Source of the DNA: Candidatus Eiseniibacteriota bacterium
Lineage (GTDB): Bacteria > Eisenbacteria > RBG-16-71-46
NCBI GenBank assembly: GCA_963725865.1
Contig: CAVSAC010000012.1
Span: forward strand, 192,001-256,000
Length of the DNA: 64,000 nt
Reading direction: 5' to 3'
Shown piece by piece: positions 62,844-64,000 of this stretch (its first letter is position 1; every line of letters starts with the position of its first letter). The position numbers and the translations under genes are program-made. A model generated the notes under the pieces. It searched no databases, had not been told where the DNA came from, and saw only the letters and a program-made list of their open reading frames with translations.

Positions 62844-62982
62844 GGGGTCCTCGAGGGTTCGCACGTCGCGATTCGGCGCAGGGCGCGCACGGCGCGTCGC
62901 GCGCCGCGCGAGCCTACCCCGAGCCGCCTCCGGTGGAAAGTGCGTGCATCGCACGGGTGCATGCGCGAAGATGCGCGCTCCC

Positions 62983-63474
62983 ATGACCACCGCAGCCATC
63001 GGCAAGATCCTCGATGCGTACCTCGGCGAGCTGGAAGGCCAGCTCGGGTTCTGGCGTGGGCTCCGCGACGAGGTGCCGGTCTACGTGTTCAGCGACGAGT
63101 CCCACGACCGGATGCGCGTGATGTCACCGGTGGGCGAGCTCAAGGAGCTCGAGCCGGCGGTGATGCAGGTGCTGTTGCAGGCGAACTACGACCGCGCGCT
63201 CGACGCGCGCTACGCCCTGCGCGGCATGGAGGTGTGGTCGGTGGCGGTGCACCCGCTCGCCACCCTGGCGCCCGACGACTTCGCCAGCCTGATCGAGCAG
63301 GTGGTGCGGCTGGTGAAGAACACCGGGTCCAGCTACGCGTCGACCGACCTGGTGTTCATGGCCCAGAACGGCGACGAGAGCGTGGACGGGGAATCCGACG
63401 ACGAAAACGGCGACGGTGAGGGTGACGACGCGGACGACGCGCCGCCGGAGCCGGGAGAGGGCGAACGGTCGTGA
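62983..63474 (+). CDS. Hypothetical protein, possible T3SS-chaperone/YbjN-like fold, acidic tail
   Basis: DRMRVMSPV...LLQANYDRALDARYA; start may be 62971. Confidence 0.65.
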   Translation: MTTAAIGKILDAYLGELEGQLGFWRGLRDEVPVYVFSDESHDRMRVMSPVGELKELEPAVMQVLLQANYDRALDARYALRGMEVWSVAVHPLATLAPDDFASLIEQVVRLVKNTGSSYASTDLVFMAQNGDESVDGESDDENGDGEGDDADDAPPEPGEGERS

Positions 63475-64000
63475 ACCCGGCGAACTCGAGCCTCGCCGCC
63501 ACGCGCATCGACGTGCGCGTGGATCGCAAGCTGACCTTGCCTGGCCGGGTTTGGGCCGCGGAGTCGCCGCGCGCGATGGTGGCGATCTGCCACGGGCTCG
63601 GCGAGCACGGCGGGCGCTACGCGGCGCTCGCCGAGGACCTGGTGCGAGCGCGGCTCTCGGTGGTGGTGTTCGACCTGCCGGGACACGGCGAGGGAACGGG
63701 CCCGCGCGGCGACGTGCCGTCCTGGACCCTGCTGCGCGAGACCGTGGTGCCCGCCATGTTCACGACCTCGCGCGGGATGCCCGGGCATCCGGGCCAGCTG
63801 CCGCACGTGCTGCTCGGCCACAGCATGGGTGCGGTGCTCGCGCTCGACTACGCGCTCCAGCATCCGCGCGAGCTGCTGGCGGTGGTGTCGTCCGCGGCCG
63901 GCCTGCGCAGCGCGCTCCCGCCCTGGTGGAAGCTCGCGCTGGCGAACGTCGCGCGCGTCACGGCGCCCAGCGCGGGATTCCCGCACGGGCTCGACGAGAG
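63471..64000 (+). CDS. Alpha/beta hydrolase, lysophospholipase-like (runs off window)
   Basis: GTG start overlapping the previous stop; HGLGEHGGRY, DLPGHG, GHSMG. Confidence 0.88.
   Translation, partial: MNPANSSLAATRIDVRVDRKLTLPGRVWAAESPRAMVAICHGLGEHGGRYAALAEDLVRARLSVVVFDLPGHGEGTGPRGDVPSWTLLRETVVPAMFTTSRGMPGHPGQLPHVLLGHSMGAVLALDYALQHPRELLAVVSSAAGLRSALPPWWKLALANVARVTAPSAGFPHGLDE

Overview
A very GC-rich, gene-dense bacterial chromosome segment with about 53 protein genes. I found no rRNA, tRNA, CRISPR array, transposase or prophage. Gene style suggests Candidatus Eisenbacteria or a related FCB-associated lineage (inference): seven secreted proteins end in a FlgD-Ig/T9SS-like C-terminal domain and four end in [ST]WGxLKxRYR. 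Recognisable genes include PilT, HtrA, a LeuD-LeuC-type aconitase-family fusion, PruA/RocA, a DAACS symporter, YceI, OsmC, LigA, PolX, LepB and MEMO1/AmmeB. The best leads are: (i) a divergent locus with an apparently exported TPR-CHAT caspase-like protease, an exported FecR-like/TPR protein and a membrane Ser/Thr kinase; (ii) two copies of a MoaD/ThiS ubiquitin-like protein coupled to a Cys/His-conserving BNR propeller; (iii) the C-terminal SWGxLKxRYR putative sorting signal; (iv) a DUF4388-fused, apparently dead PilT paralog coupled to pilT; (v) an EVE-LigA-PolX operon; (vi) a zinc peptidase plus atypical Ddl-like ligase pair; (vii) a multiply disrupted tricorn protease pseudogene and a LepB with Arg at the catalytic Lys. 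Family calls come from motif recognition by eye; no database search was run. Many start codons were re-picked from the ORF track.
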